A stretch of 64,000 bases of DNA from Octopus sinensis (lineage: Eukaryota). The translations under genes were made by a program, and so were the position numbers. The stretch lies in NCBI RefSeq assembly GCF_006345805.1, contig NC_043007.1:67394001-67458000 (forward strand). Direction: 5' to 3'. This document shows positions 41,101 to 53,397 of the stretch, piece by piece (the first letter of the stretch is position 1; each line of letters opens with the position of its first letter). The notes under the pieces were generated by a model, which made no database searches, was not told where the DNA came from, and saw only the letters and a program-made list of their open reading frames with translations.

Positions 41101-42088
41101 TAGCAGAGGAAAACACCACATTTAGTCAATATAATCTAATTACACCCACTCATATTTAGCCCAAATGTTGACAAAAATCTTTGTATCAAATTAAAACATT
41201 TACTCAATATTACACAACATTTATACAAATTCTTAGTTCTCTGAATATTACCATTTTTTCCAATAGCATTTTCCTTTACCCATACAAAAATAAACTTTAG
41301 CTTCAAATTTTGTAGAAGCAACTCATGAAGAGTTTATTGCTCCAATAATTCATTTTATAAGCTAAGTTTTGAAAAAATGTGAAGACACCACCTTAAATGT
41401 CATTCAATTGTTTTGAGCCTTAGAAACTAAAGAACGAATCTTGACATGTCTGTGTGTGACAACACGTGTTGTTAACTGTAAATATACGAAACATTATCAC
41501 TAATATGGCTTTTTCGATGTCGATCTAGTTTTCTTCTTAGAAATTTACATACACAAATGAAGTAAGAATACAGATACATAATTTGCACATTATAAATATG
41601 CAAGGCTTTTCAAGTTTAAAATGCAACATCGTTTTTGTTATCTACTTTCCACACACAAACATACAGAAAAGAAGTATGTATGTGTATTGAAAAAGCCATA
41701 TTAGTGATATTTCAGACCATAGCTGTCTTACAAAACTTATGATTCCATGTTTTAGAATTTCAATGAAACACACTAATGAAAGAATGCAGTTTTGAAAAAG
41801 AAAATGTTTAAGTGTATAAATGCTCGTAGCTGCAGTAGAATGGGTTAGGGACATTATCTAGTTGGCCAACAGATAACATAATAGTAAAACTACAAAAACC
41901 CAGAGTAACTATTTAACATTCTAACACCACAACTGACTATTCCTGTTTAAATATTGCATCTTAGGTACTATAAAAAAATAGAATAATAAAAAAAAAAAAC
42001 TGTAAAAATTCAATAGCTAAGCAGTAAGTCAGACTCCAGCTAGAACTAACAGCTCAAGTTGGTGAAATTATTTCAATGATTTCCATCT

Positions 42089-42154
42089 GGGGATCAGAAA
42101 AGATTTTAACAACAGAACAATTCAGTGAACGGATCAAATTTTCATCATATCACT
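42089..42154 (-). ncRNA. Box C/D snoRNA, family 2, copy b
   Basis: ATGATGA; TTGATCCGTTCA-CTGA; TCTTTT-CTGA; flanks homologous to copy a. Confidence 0.78.
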
Positions 42155-42830
42155 CTGCAGTGGAAAACACCTAACCAAGCACAAGCCTGCCAACAAATTT
42201 CATTTAATTAACCCTTTTGATACCATCTCTGGTTTTATGATACAAACTTATTGTTTTTAAACTATCTTATTCAACCTTCAACATTGCCTAGTTTACATTC
42301 AAAATGGCATCTTATACCTGCCCTACAATGTCATTCTAAAAATATTACAACACATTGAAATCTCCAAGATACAAAATAATGCATAATCAATTCAACACAA
42401 TGTGAGAAAATAAGCTGTAAATTTGACAAAGAAATCTGAATTAAAGGGTTAAAACTTTTCATCAAAATTTCTTAATTTATGTTCCAAAGATCCGTTTAAT
42501 AATGACAAAGGTTTGGTAACAAAAGAGTCTAACAAGGTACTTATATAATGCAACATGACTGTTACTAAACACCTCAAACCAGCAAGTCTTATATTCAAGT
42601 GATTATCTGACTATATATATAAAATTTCAATAGGAAACAAAATTCTAAATAGCCTAATACTGATAAATAAAAAGCTTATTTTACACAACTTTTGTCTTAA
42701 TTATATTAAAAATTGCAACAAGTCACCTCATTCAAAATAACAAGCAATGAGAAGGCAGACATAATTTCTAAAGCACATCCTACAGAAAATGTGCACCATA
42801 TTCAAGTAAAATTTAAATTATCATTCACAC

Positions 42831-42907
42831 AAGCCTATCAGAAAAGTGACATTCATTCAAATTTTGGACATCAGTCCGCCCGTCACTACATATTCATCAT
42901 ATAAGCT
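42831..42907 (-). ncRNA. Box C/D snoRNA, SNORD43/snR70-like, copy F
   Basis: ATGATGA; TAGTGACGGGCGGA-CTGA (13 bp to 18S, one G:U); ATGTCACTTTT-CTGA. Confidence 0.9.
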
Positions 42908-43190
42908 GTTCTCACTCAAAACTGCAAAAACCATATAAGACATAATTTAATTAAGTCCATATTAATTTAAAATGACTTATGAGTAAAAAAAAAAATTCTG
43001 GCAAGATCCATTGCCATTCTGATTCAATTTATTTTGAAAAGAATTTAGTTAATTAATTTTACCATTATTCAACAGGGGCTTGGAACATAAAATGAAATTT
43101 TAGGCTTGAATTTTCATCATTTTGTAGATCACTGCACCTCATTCAAATACATGACTACCATGTTCAGAAATCCAGTTCCCTTCAATATCC

Positions 43191-44490
43191 TTAACCCTTT
43201 CTATACTAACCTGGCTGAAAACTTTTTTGTTACATAAGTCCAACCCGGCCAAGAGTACCCATTGTTATTTAAATGTAAATTTGAACACAAATCTCGTTAG
43301 TACATTCGTGAAAACACCTGATTTCACTTTGTAAATAGTTGAGTTATTGTATCCAACATTGTTTGGTATGATATTTGAACTCGCTGAATTTTGGGAGAGG
43401 AATTTCATGCTATCAAGCAGTGATTCTGAATTTGAAGGTTTTTCAACTGAAGATATGGAGACACTGAGAAAAAGAATGAATGAGGCACAAAAGCACGTGA
43501 TGAACGAGAATCGGATATCTCTGTATCCGAAAGCAGCAACAGCGAGGATGATTTTACACTAGAATGGAGTAAAAACTTAAAAAATTGTTTTTATCAAATT
43601 TTCTGAGAAGACAGCGTCTACTCACTTTCTCAGGAAGCGAAACCACTAGACTTTTTTTTTTCAGCATGCTTGTTTAAAGTGATCATTGCGAAAACAAACC
43701 GTTACACAGAATGTAAACAAGCTGGAAAAAAAAGATAGTTTGTGGTTTCCCACAGCCTTAGAAGAAATACGGGCATTTTTTTTTGCCATAAATATTATTA
43801 TGGGTATTAGACTGTTACCCAGAATTACAAATTACTGGAGCTATCAGGAACCTTTTGGCAATCAGTATGTTCCAATATTATGACCTGAATACAACCTGTG
43901 AAACTGAACCAGTATTTACATGTGCGAGATATAATAGTACCCCAGTACATGGAGAACTAAACTTTGACCCCTTATAAGACCCCTCATCAACTGCATTCAA
44001 AATGCATATAATACATTTTACAACCCTGAGACTTATCCATCGACGAGGGCATGGTGGGTTATAAAGGAAGGTTTTGACAATATATGCCAGGAAATCCCAT
44101 GAAATGGGGGATCAAAGTTTGGAAAATTTGTGAAGCAAATACTGGGTACTGCTGTGGATTTAGCTTTTATACAGGGAATGGCCTAGGGTATGATGTGGTC
44201 TAGAATTTATCATGACCATACCATAAGCAGGGCCATGTATTTTTTGACCGATATTTTAGTTCAGTCAAACTTGCAGCGGATTTAGAACCTTGGCAACGTA
44301 TATGTGTGCTAGTAATTGCTAGCAGAAAAGGGCTGCTGTTGGATATAAAAGCAAAATTTTAAAAAAAGAGGTGAAATAATCCAACAGCAGAAAAATTTTC
44401 TATCTACCAGTGCACAACCGTGTAGATGAAAATGGCACCCCATTTGTGAACCTTGATTATAACAGGTACATGGGCGGTGTGGATCGGCTG
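43191..44490 (+). mobile_element. Degraded piggyBac transposon (transposase pseudogene)
   Basis: TTAA-CCCTTT start; remnants SIDEGMVGYKGR*QYMPGNPMKWGIKVWKICEANTGYC, FDRYFSSV and DYNRYMGGVDRL match piggyBac DDD motifs. Confidence 0.88.
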
Positions 44491-44554
44491 AGATATTATC
44501 CTGGATTTACCTATAATTAGAGTCACTTTGAGACAAAAACTGCATTACTCACTA

Positions 44555-44621
44555 GGTGATCAGAAAATATATTTTATCCACAATCTAATTCAGTGAACGG
44601 ATCAAGTCTCATCATGTCACC
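44555..44621 (-). ncRNA. Box C/D snoRNA, family 2, copy c
   Basis: Perfect GGTGA/TCACC terminal stem; C ATGATGA; ACTTGATCCGTTCA-CTGA; D CTGA. Confidence 0.82.
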
Positions 44622-44736
44622 TTTGGGGAAACCCTCACCATACACCATCAATATTGATCTATACTTCCTCAAACTTTGATTTCTATACTCAAATTTAAAA
44701 CCCAACTCCACTTACAAATTCAAACAGTCAGTATGC

Positions 44737-44948
44737 TTTCTGCCAGCGCCGCCCTGACTGGCCTCGTGCAGGTGGCACGTAAAAAGCACCCACTACACTC
44801 ACGGAGTGGTTGGCGTTAGGAAGGGCATCCAGCCGTAGAAACATTGCCAGATCAGACTGGGGCTGGTGCAGCTCACTGGCTTCCCAGACCCCAGTTGAAC
44901 CGTCCAGCCCATGCTAGCATGGAAAGCGGACGCTAAACAATGATAATG
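44737..44948 (+). mobile_element. Young SINE-like insertion ((TGA)n-tailed family) with 7-bp TSD
   Basis: agtatgc at 44730-36 and 44949-55; the paralogous copy near 45350 is an empty site. Confidence 0.85.
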
Positions 44949-45174
44949 AGTATGCATAATACAAGCACACTGTTCTGTGCATTAAATTCAATTGATAATC
45001 TAGTGATGTGCACAATTCTTCTATATCAAAATTTTGTTGCATACCCAATTGAATATTAGCTGATGACTCATTTTCTATGGTAATGTTTAAACAAAATTTA
45101 AATATTTTTACATTTTGTTCAACCTGGATTTACCTATAATTAGAGTCACTTTGAGACAACTGCATGATTCACTA

Positions 45175-45241
45175 GGTGATCAGAAAAGATATTTTATCCA
45201 CAATCTAATTCAGTGAACGGATCATGTCTCATCATGTCACC
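45175..45241 (-). ncRNA. Box C/D snoRNA, family 2, copy d
   Basis: Nearly identical to copy c within a ~250-bp duplication. Confidence 0.82.
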
Positions 45242-45738
45242 TTTGGGGAAACTCCCCACCATACACCATCAATATTGATCTACACTTCCTCAAACTTTGA
45301 TTTCTATACTCAAATTTAAAACCCAACTCCACTGACAAATTCAAACAGCCAGTATGCATAATACAAGCACACCAAAGACAGTTACGGTAATACTAGAGTC
45401 ATTTACTTAAATCAATAAATAGTCCTTTCTGCTATGGGCACAAGGCCTGAAATTTTGAGGGAGATGATAAGCCAATTACACTGACCTCTCACCACCCCCA
45501 GTGCTCACCAGACACTATTTTATCAACACCAAAAGGAATTATAACTCAGAATGCAAAGTTGGACGAAATGCCACTAATCATTTTGTCTGGCATGCCAACA
45601 ATTCTGCCACTTTGCTGCCTTAATTCAACAAACAATGGAAACTAAATCACCTCTAGATGTGATAGAAAACAAGTGAACCACTAACAGGCAATAAACAGTA
45701 CAATAACTATGTACTACTGCAAGTGCAACGCAACAAAC

Positions 45739-45816
45739 AAGCCTATCAGAAGAGTGACACTCATCATGATTAAGGACATCAGACCGCCCGTCACTAAGTT
45801 TTCATCATGTAAGCTT
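45739..45816 (-). ncRNA. Box C/D snoRNA, SNORD43/snR70-like, copy G
   Basis: AAGC stem; ATGATGA; TTAGTGACGGGCGGT-CTGA; C' ATGATGA; GTGTCACTCTT-CTGA. Confidence 0.9.
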
Positions 45817-46240
45817 GATCTATGTCTACTGGCATTATCTCTATATTGCATAGCTACATACATCAGAGTGAAGGCAATTTGAGACCCATCATTATATACA
45901 TATAAAACCATGCTCCCTGAACTCCTTTTTACTAAAATAAGCAAAAAGTGTGTGTGTGTGTGGGGGGTGTTCTGATTGAACAGGCTACACATCTTGCATA
46001 GACAATGTCTTTATACAACTGAAAATTTCCCCCATAACCATGTTAATGTCCATATCATGAACAAAAAACTAGATAAAGTAAATCTGGTACAAAGCCCCAA
46101 GAGAATGTTTTCCATTAAGCAGCACATTCAAAAGGGGTTGGGGTGCACAAAATACATGAAAATACAGTAATAGCTCTCCTCTCCCTTTGTTTTTAAATCC
46201 CAGAAGAATATTAAGAGGCCATATTTTCCTATTAAAGTTA

Positions 46241-46327
46241 TGCCATCAGTCTCAAGAACCAGAATGTATACCCTCCATGTATGTGGCAAAATCAGGTTAT
46301 ATACAAGCTAGAGCTCATCCTCTGGCA
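46241..46327 (-). ncRNA. Box C/D snoRNA, family 3, copy a
   Basis: TGCCA/TGGCA stem; C-like AGGATGA; D' CTGA; ATTCTGGTTCTTGAGA before D CTGA. Confidence 0.72.
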
Positions 46328-46796
46328 AACTGAATTGAACCCAACATAGATTTTGTTCACTCCCTACAACTCATTGACCACCACCTACCTTTCTACATTT
46401 TTTTGGATTGATTCAATAACAAGAAACTGGTTGTTTCCATGACAGTGACAGTTACTAAAACAGGAGGAGGAGGAGAAAGCTAATGGATTGTGTGTGTGCG
46501 TGCTTGTTTTGTTTTTATGTGTTGTGGAATATAGATATAACGAAATATGCCAGCAAAAAGCCTTGCATATTTGTTCTTACCTGCTTCATCCACAAACTTC
46601 CAAGCATAAAACAGAAAACAGTAATAGCCAAATCTTATAAAATTTTAAATTACTCTATATCCCAAATCCTGGGGAAACAACACTGCCAATCCAAGAATCC
46701 CACAACCAAGTTTAATCATAAAAGATTTACTCTCCCCTCCCTTTGTTTTTACATCCCAGAAGAATATTAAGAGGCCATATTTTCCCATTAAAGATA

Positions 46797-46881
46797 TGCC
46801 ATCAGTCTCAAGAACCAGAATGTATACCCTCCATGTATGTGGCAAAATCAGGTTATACCAGCTAGAGCTCATCCTTTGGCA
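46797..46881 (-). ncRNA. Box C/D snoRNA, family 3, copy b
   Basis: Same boxes, stem and D guide as copy a. Confidence 0.72.
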
Positions 46882-47481
46882 AACTGAATTGAACCGAACA
46901 TAGATTCTGATATGATTTTGTTTACTTCTAATGAGTTTCCTCATTCCCTCCCTACAACTCATTGACCACCACCTACCTTTCTTCACCAACACCCTAGCAG
47001 CCATTACTCTCTCTACCCTTCCCAAGCTGTCCCCACCATCTTTTATCTTTCTTACCAACTGAAGCCCAGTTATCCCCACCTCCACGACAAACTGCTTCTG
47101 ACATTTCTATAACGCTTTTTTCACCTCTTAATTATTCGGCATTCTTTTGGATTGACTCCACAAGAAATCGGTTGTTTCTGACAAGACAATTCACTTCAGA
47201 TATCTTCATGACCTTGTGACAATGACAGCTACTAAAACGGGAGGAGGAGGAGGAGAAAGCCAATGGGTTGTGGAATATAGATACAACGAAATTATGCCAG
47301 CAAAAAGCCTTGCATATTCTTACCTGCTTCATCTACAAATTTCCAAGCAGAAAACAGAATACAGTAATAGCCAAATCTTACAAATTTATTTTAAATTACT
47401 CTATATCCCAAATCCTGGGGAAACAACACTGTCAGCCCAAGAATCCCACAACCAAGTTTGGTCATAACAAAGATAAAGATA

Positions 47482-47566
47482 TGCCATCAGTCTCAAGAAC
47501 CAGAATGTATACCCTCCATGTATGTGGCAAAATCAGGTTATACAAGCTAGAGCTCATCCTTTGGCA
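47482..47566 (-). ncRNA. Box C/D snoRNA, family 3, copy c
   Basis: Same boxes, stem and D guide; D box lies 72 nt upstream of a candidate ttgtttccccag acceptor. Confidence 0.72.
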
Positions 47567-48958
47567 AACTGAATTGAACCTAACAGATTTTGTTCACTTC
47601 TAATGATATTCGTCATTCCCTCCCTACAACTCATTGACCACCACCTACCTTTTTTCAACAACACCCTAGCAGCCACCTTCCCAAGCTGTCCCCACCATCT
47701 TTTATCTTTCTTACCAACAAACTGAAGCCCAGTTATTCTCACCTCCACAACAAACTGCTTCTGCCCCTTCTATAACACTTTTTTAACCTCTTAATATTCA
47801 GTATAATAACTCAAAATGTAAATATGGACAAACTGTCACTAAGCATTTTGTCCTGTTCCATTACACTTCAGTCTGCAAGTTACTCAGTGATCCCACTAGT
47901 GCTCAGCTCACTGTGTAATGTGGTTGACATCAGGAAGGGCATTTAGCTATAGAAACCATGCTATGGTAGATATTGGGGTTCATTGGTTTCTGTGGAATAG
48001 TTCAGCCAATGAATATTCTATGACATTAAAACCTTGGTGACTGCAAATTCATTAATTTTGCCCTACTGATTGAGATAAAAACGAACAAAATATTGGGGGA
48101 GAATGTAACATCATTAAATAAGACACACACAACCCATCTAATTGCTTATGTCAAAATATGACATACCATCTCCCCCAAGAAATGGTTTGTTCTTCATTGT
48201 GGCAAATTCAGGCCATGAAAAACTTTTATCCTTTTTAAGTGAAAACCTTAAATTACCACAGTGAAAATCAAATCTTACTTATACATTCCAACTAGCAGAG
48301 TTAACCCAAAAATGGTTATCCAATCAAAAGCAAATAGTTATTTGTACTGTTCTTTCAAACCTAAGATTAAGAATAATTTATTTAAGAAATAAAAATGGAT
48401 GATATGGTAATACCAACCTCCTTATAAATAATTCTTATAAACAGACAGCCGGCATCTCACTTTATAAATTGCTACCAAAATTGATGAATTTGCTGTAACC
48501 TAAGTTTTTAATGTTATAGAATATCCAATAAATCAAAATTGCAAATACTGCTATGAACTCCAATATCTACCTTGGCATGGTTTCTATAGTTAAATGCCCT
48601 TCCTAATGTCAACCACTTTACACAGTGAACTGGGTACTTCTAGGGTGTGGGGGAGTATTAGCACTAGCGAGGTAACTTGAAGATTGAGTTGGGGTGCACA
48701 ATTAAGGAACCAAAGTGTGATAGAACAGGTGTCTTGCAGAAGAGGAGATACATGATTTCCTCACCTGGAAAAAACGAAAAATGGTACTTGGTGAACATAA
48801 AAGAAACTAGAGATAGACAGCTGGAAAGAAAAGATAGGGAGTCAAGTGTGCTGAACCATTCCTTAACTTAAAATGCAACTGATCGAGGCATTTCAGGTAC
48901 ATTAAGTTAGGCAGGTCCAAATCACAAGTGGGAAGATTCCATTACTTCCCACCAAAGA

Positions 48959-49043
48959 TATGCCATCAGTCTCAAGAACCGGAATGTGTTCTCCATGTAT
49001 GACAAAATCAGCTGATACAAATTAGAGCTCATCCTCTGGCATA
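48959..49043 (-). ncRNA. Box C/D snoRNA, family 3, copy d (most diverged)
   Basis: 7-bp TATGCCA/TGGCATA stem; boxes and GGTTCTTGAGA guide conserved while the interior has diverged; 60 nt from the exon 3 donor. Confidence 0.75.
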
Positions 49044-49069
49044 GATCTTATTAAATATCACCATATTTA

Positions 49070-49291
<222 letters not shown>

Positions 49292-49339
49292 TCAAAATTT
49301 AGGGAGAGAAAAAAAAAAAAAAAAATCAAATATACATAC

Positions 49340-49499
49340 ACTTTTTCTAAAACGATTCCCTTAGCATGGGAAGAACCGCCAAAAGGATTGGCTTTGTATC
49401 TGGTACCCAAATTTGCCTTTTTGTAGTCATTATCGTGCCATCTCTGTTTACGGCGATGATTCTTTAGCTTTCGTGCAGTTCTCAAACCTCTGGGCTTAC
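49340..49499 (-). CDS. RPS23: RPS23 exon 2 ([23 protein letters not shown]...GIVLEKV)
   Basis: ttctag acceptor and gtatgt donor; 160 nt. Confidence 0.98.
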
Positions 49500-51855
49500 C
49501 TAGAAAAGAAAAAATTTCATTTGAGATGGATCCTACATATTGGAGGACTATTTCTGATGCACCAAATATTTTTGTTTGCTGCATCAGATATTCGAATTAT
49601 AATGGAAGTAACACCTGGTGATGCACACTCATTGTGTGGTAGTATTTGATGTAAAAACCTCTAATTTAGAAAGGTCATTCGTAAAAACGAAAATATCAAT
49701 CCACTCTGTGCAGTCATTTTCAATTAAATATAATACAATTTACGATATTAAGGGATGAGATGGCCACGGTTGAAAAGCCATGGTTCTGCAGAAGTCTGCG
49801 TGTACAAAACCAAAACGAATAGGACTATCGTTTATACAGACCAATGGATACATGGACCAAGGGAAATAATCCATGTTTCATCGTGAAATGATATGCAAAC
49901 AATTACCATCTCCCCTTCGAGAATAGATACCGCATGTCTCTCCTTTTTTAAGACGGTAGAATGTAAATTTTTTTTTTTGCCAGAAACTCACATTTTCGGA
50001 TACGTCCCCCCCCCCATTTTTCACTTTTTTCCCGTAACCGGAAACTTAAAACCCTAACTACAAAACTTATTTTTTCGGCATATTTTGAAGAAAAAAAAAT
50101 TCTGAAAAAAAGTTAAAAACGAAGAAATTAGGGGTGAGAGAGGGGTAATTTCAAAATGCCGATTTTTTGGCAGATTCGCATTCGCCGTAGCCGAAAACGA
50201 GGGTTTGTGTAGAGAAAAAATAATAATGTGGTTGGGGATACAAAAGGAAGTCTTGCTTTTTTTTTTTTTTTGTTACTCTTTCTAACCGGTCAAACCCAAC
50301 ATAGAAACTACCTCGTCGACTCGGGCTCTCGCTGTTGAAGGTAGCGTGTTAGATCTACCATTTAATGCAGTAGAAACGTATGCACACATCACATGCTGAA
50401 ATAGACACTGAACGAAATGCAGATGGAATTCAGTAACGGTTTCGTCCGATACCGATCGATGATGCAGTAAATCCGGGTCCAAGTATCAATAGCTAATGTG
50501 GCTGTTCTGAAGAATTCAGAACAGTGTATTCAGAAATTTAAGACCTGTTACGTATATAATGTATTTTTCTAATGCTTTCCAGTCACCAATGTTATAATAA
50601 AATTTTTATTATTATACCAGTCTCATGAGTTGGATAGGCGAACTTTCGGAATACTTATCACCTCATGGAGAAGGGAAAAAAAGCAACAAGGAACTGGTTG
50701 GTTGTTTCTTTCTGTGAAATATACATTATTTTGCTGAGGGGGAGGGGGGGGACAACCCCCCCCCCCCATTCCAGTAAGTTTTCTTATAAGTGAACAGGGG
50801 TGTACAATAGCAATATTTTGTGGACAGGATTTCGCAATGTATATTACCGTGTAAACTGAATCAACATTACTGAGCAATTCACTAGGTTTATTTCAACATG
50901 CCCAGTCTAAATCAATAACCATTGGAACCCTTCTAGGTTGCCCGGACACGAAGGCAATGTCCAACAGGTTTGCTAAAATAAAAATGTGTATCAAAAAAAA
51001 AAAAAAGATAAACTGGTGAAAATTAGATATGCTAACTATAGCATTGAACACAAGCAGATCGATGATATTCCATCTTAAACCTTTTGCAGGGAACAGATTT
51101 TCCCAGTTTGACCCGTTTTAAGACGCATTAAGAGAGCAATTTGGAGATTAGCTGCTATTTCTAGTAGGTCGAGCTCCCTTTTAACATACAAATTTTTTGT
51201 CTAGAGAAATCCTACATTGTCAGCTGAGATATATAATGGAACTACTCAGCAAAAAAGGCAACTTTCAAGATAGCAATACCAGGTCGGAAAAAGTCTTCCA
51301 GATAAATATTTCTTAAGAAGTGCATTATCATCTATAATTCCAATGAAGATTATTTAACATAAACTTAAAAAATAAAGACGAAGAATGTATTTTTTCCAAT
51401 CGGAACCCTATCTAATGTACAAACTAAAGTTGTACAATTTAATCATTTTGCACGTGGGTCAATTCTAAAAATGACCAATTATGCGGCAAAACTCCAAGTT
51501 AATTTCTTAAGAATAACGAAAGCCTTAACTGTTATATATTAAATTCTAAGACTTAAACAAAGGATGGTATTTACTGTATTAATTCCATCACAATATACGT
51601 ATATATATATTTATTGTAGCATAGGGCTGACTGCCATGTGGAAAGGAAAAATGGCAGCGGCGATGTGCAAAGGTACGCTGTTTGACTTTTATCAGGCATT
51701 TGACTAAATAATTGGGAGAATATTAAAGTTATAACAACACAGAAACGAAGCATATAGCACAAGGAAACGTTGTATATAACAACTGGACAAAAAAACGATG
51801 TTGGTGCGGAATAAATTGGATATAAACGACGGGAGAAATGCCGAGTTCCACTTAC

Positions 51856-51859
51856 CCAT
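51856..51859 (-). CDS. RPS23: RPS23 exon 1 coding part (ATGG)
   Basis: gccgccatcATGG followed by gtaagt; 4+160+121+147 = 432 nt = 143 aa plus stop. Confidence 0.93.
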
Positions 51860-51874
51860 GATGGCGGCTTGATT

Positions 51875-51884
51875 GAAAAGAGAA
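51875..51884 (-). promoter_or_regulatory. TCT initiator / 5'TOP tract of RPS23
   Basis: TTCTCTTTTC about 20 nt upstream of the ATG, typical of ribosomal protein genes. Confidence 0.8.
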
Positions 51885-51960
51885 CGTGTCACGAGAGGGC
51901 GCTGTAGGGTAAGGAAGGTTTTGTTAGAAAGGGAGGGAGGACGTTACGAGAGTCTCGTTT

Positions 51961-51970
51961 GTCACATGAC
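51961..51970 (+). promoter_or_regulatory. CLEAR/M-box-like element GTCACATGAC
   Basis: One mismatch to CLEAR GTCACGTGAC; further M-box cores at 53863-69 and 54001-07; lies upstream of a V-ATPase gene. Confidence 0.5.
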
Positions 51971-51990
51971 TTCTCCTTGTCAAATCTCGT
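51966..51990 (+). CDS. Tentative ATP6AP1 start exon (MTSPCQIS)
   Basis: ATG followed by a strong gtgagt donor in phase 1 that joins 53398 in frame; no homology support. Confidence 0.3.
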
Positions 51991-53397
51991 GTGAGTGACT
52001 CTGGAATATATTAGCAGACAGATACACAAGAGAAATTGATAATTATTTCTGGGTTGATTGAAGCCTTGCTTCGTAATTCAGGGTATTTACTAATTAACAA
52101 CACATAAATATATACACATATCTATTCTAAATGGATTACCGAGGAGTTGGTTTTATATTTTCTATTATTTTAATTTCATTAGCACCAATATTTGCAAATG
52201 ATGTACCTGCTCTGATATGGTCACCTTCACGGTAATATATTAATATTAATACAATATAAAATATAAGTAAAATATAATATATTTGTAATATAATTGCAAT
52301 GTGTACCTAAATATTTCTATTTGCAGTTGTTTCACCTCTCTGGCATATATACATAATTAATATCTGTCCTTATTATGGTTCTGTTTCACCTCCTTTCTCT
52401 CATATTTTGGACAGTTTCTTCTATTACTACAATCTCTTGTTGTTCTTTATCTCGTCCGCCCCCAGCTTTCGTTATTACTAATTAATTATAATAATAACGT
52501 CTGTCTCTAATTTTTCTGTATAGCTATTTATCTTCTTTTGACGCACTTGTTGAAGTACTCCCCTGTTGGTTATAGTAATACACACACACACACACCCATA
52601 TATGCAGCTATCTACACACAGACACACATTTATGTGTGTGTGTGTGTTTTCTGTATGATTAACTATAACCAAAAGCATTTTCACTGTGTAAAGCCATTCC
52701 ACTATCCCATTGCCTTATTATTGGACTCTGACCCCTCTCTTGCTTTATATAAACACTGTCAGTATGACCACTTTATATTATCTAACTTAATATATTTTTT
52801 TTTTTCAAAGACAAATTTCATATTTAATTAAAATATTCGGGCTTTCTCACTCACCCATGTTTTTGTCTTGAGAGAAAGAAAGGGAGTACAAGAATCGAAG
52901 GAACTAAACTCTACAATATTCATTTCAAGAAGCTTTTGACCCTGTAAAAGACAAAACGCAAATACGGCGATCCCTGTCAAGGCTGAATCCGTTTTAAAGA
53001 TTTATCATTTCAGTTCCAGGTCATCCTTAATCCAGCGGTCTTGTGATTAAACAAGTTTCAGTCGAAACTCCCCTCTTTAAAAAAATTTTTTTTATTGTAT
53101 CTGGTAGTTTAATTTGTAATACATTAGTCAAATGTATCTTTTTATTTATTCATTTTCTTAGAGACGTTAAGGAGTGTGATTTAAGGGAAAATTTAACTAT
53201 TGAAATGTTAATGATCGAACTATTAGACACTCTCTCGCCAAGCTTAAATGTTTATCGATGATCTGTTGGTGAAATATTTGTAGTATCGATGCCATTTCAA
53301 GAACATTAGCAGTGTGAGTGAAACTGATCCGACTGCTAATCGAAAGACTTATTTTTTGAAACGGATCATATTTTTTTTTTTAACATAAGACGCTCAG

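Noticed and set aside
46246-46262. Family 3 as SNORD59/snR54 (18S Am1031)
   Set aside because: Only 8 bp (GUUCUUGA with UCAAGAAC), and the D+5 rule lands on a different adenosine from the recalled site.
36802-49043. CRISPR-like reading of the regularly recurring 65-90 nt repeats
   Set aside because: Eukaryotic intron, spacing of hundreds of bases, no cas genes; C/D boxes and terminal stems explain the repeats.
49581-49625. tgcatca/tgatgca inverted repeat with CTGA in RPS23 intron 1 as a snoRNA
   Set aside because: No box C and too short.
50282-50482. CpG-rich ORF or structured segment in RPS23 intron 1
   Set aside because: No recognisable protein motif, no C/D or H/ACA boxes, only 5-bp stems; probably promoter-proximal CpG retention.
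50738-50770. G-run/C-run palindrome as a regulatory G-quadruplex
   Set aside because: Looks like part of a short transposon end (caggggtgtac nearby); homopolymer lengths are unreliable.
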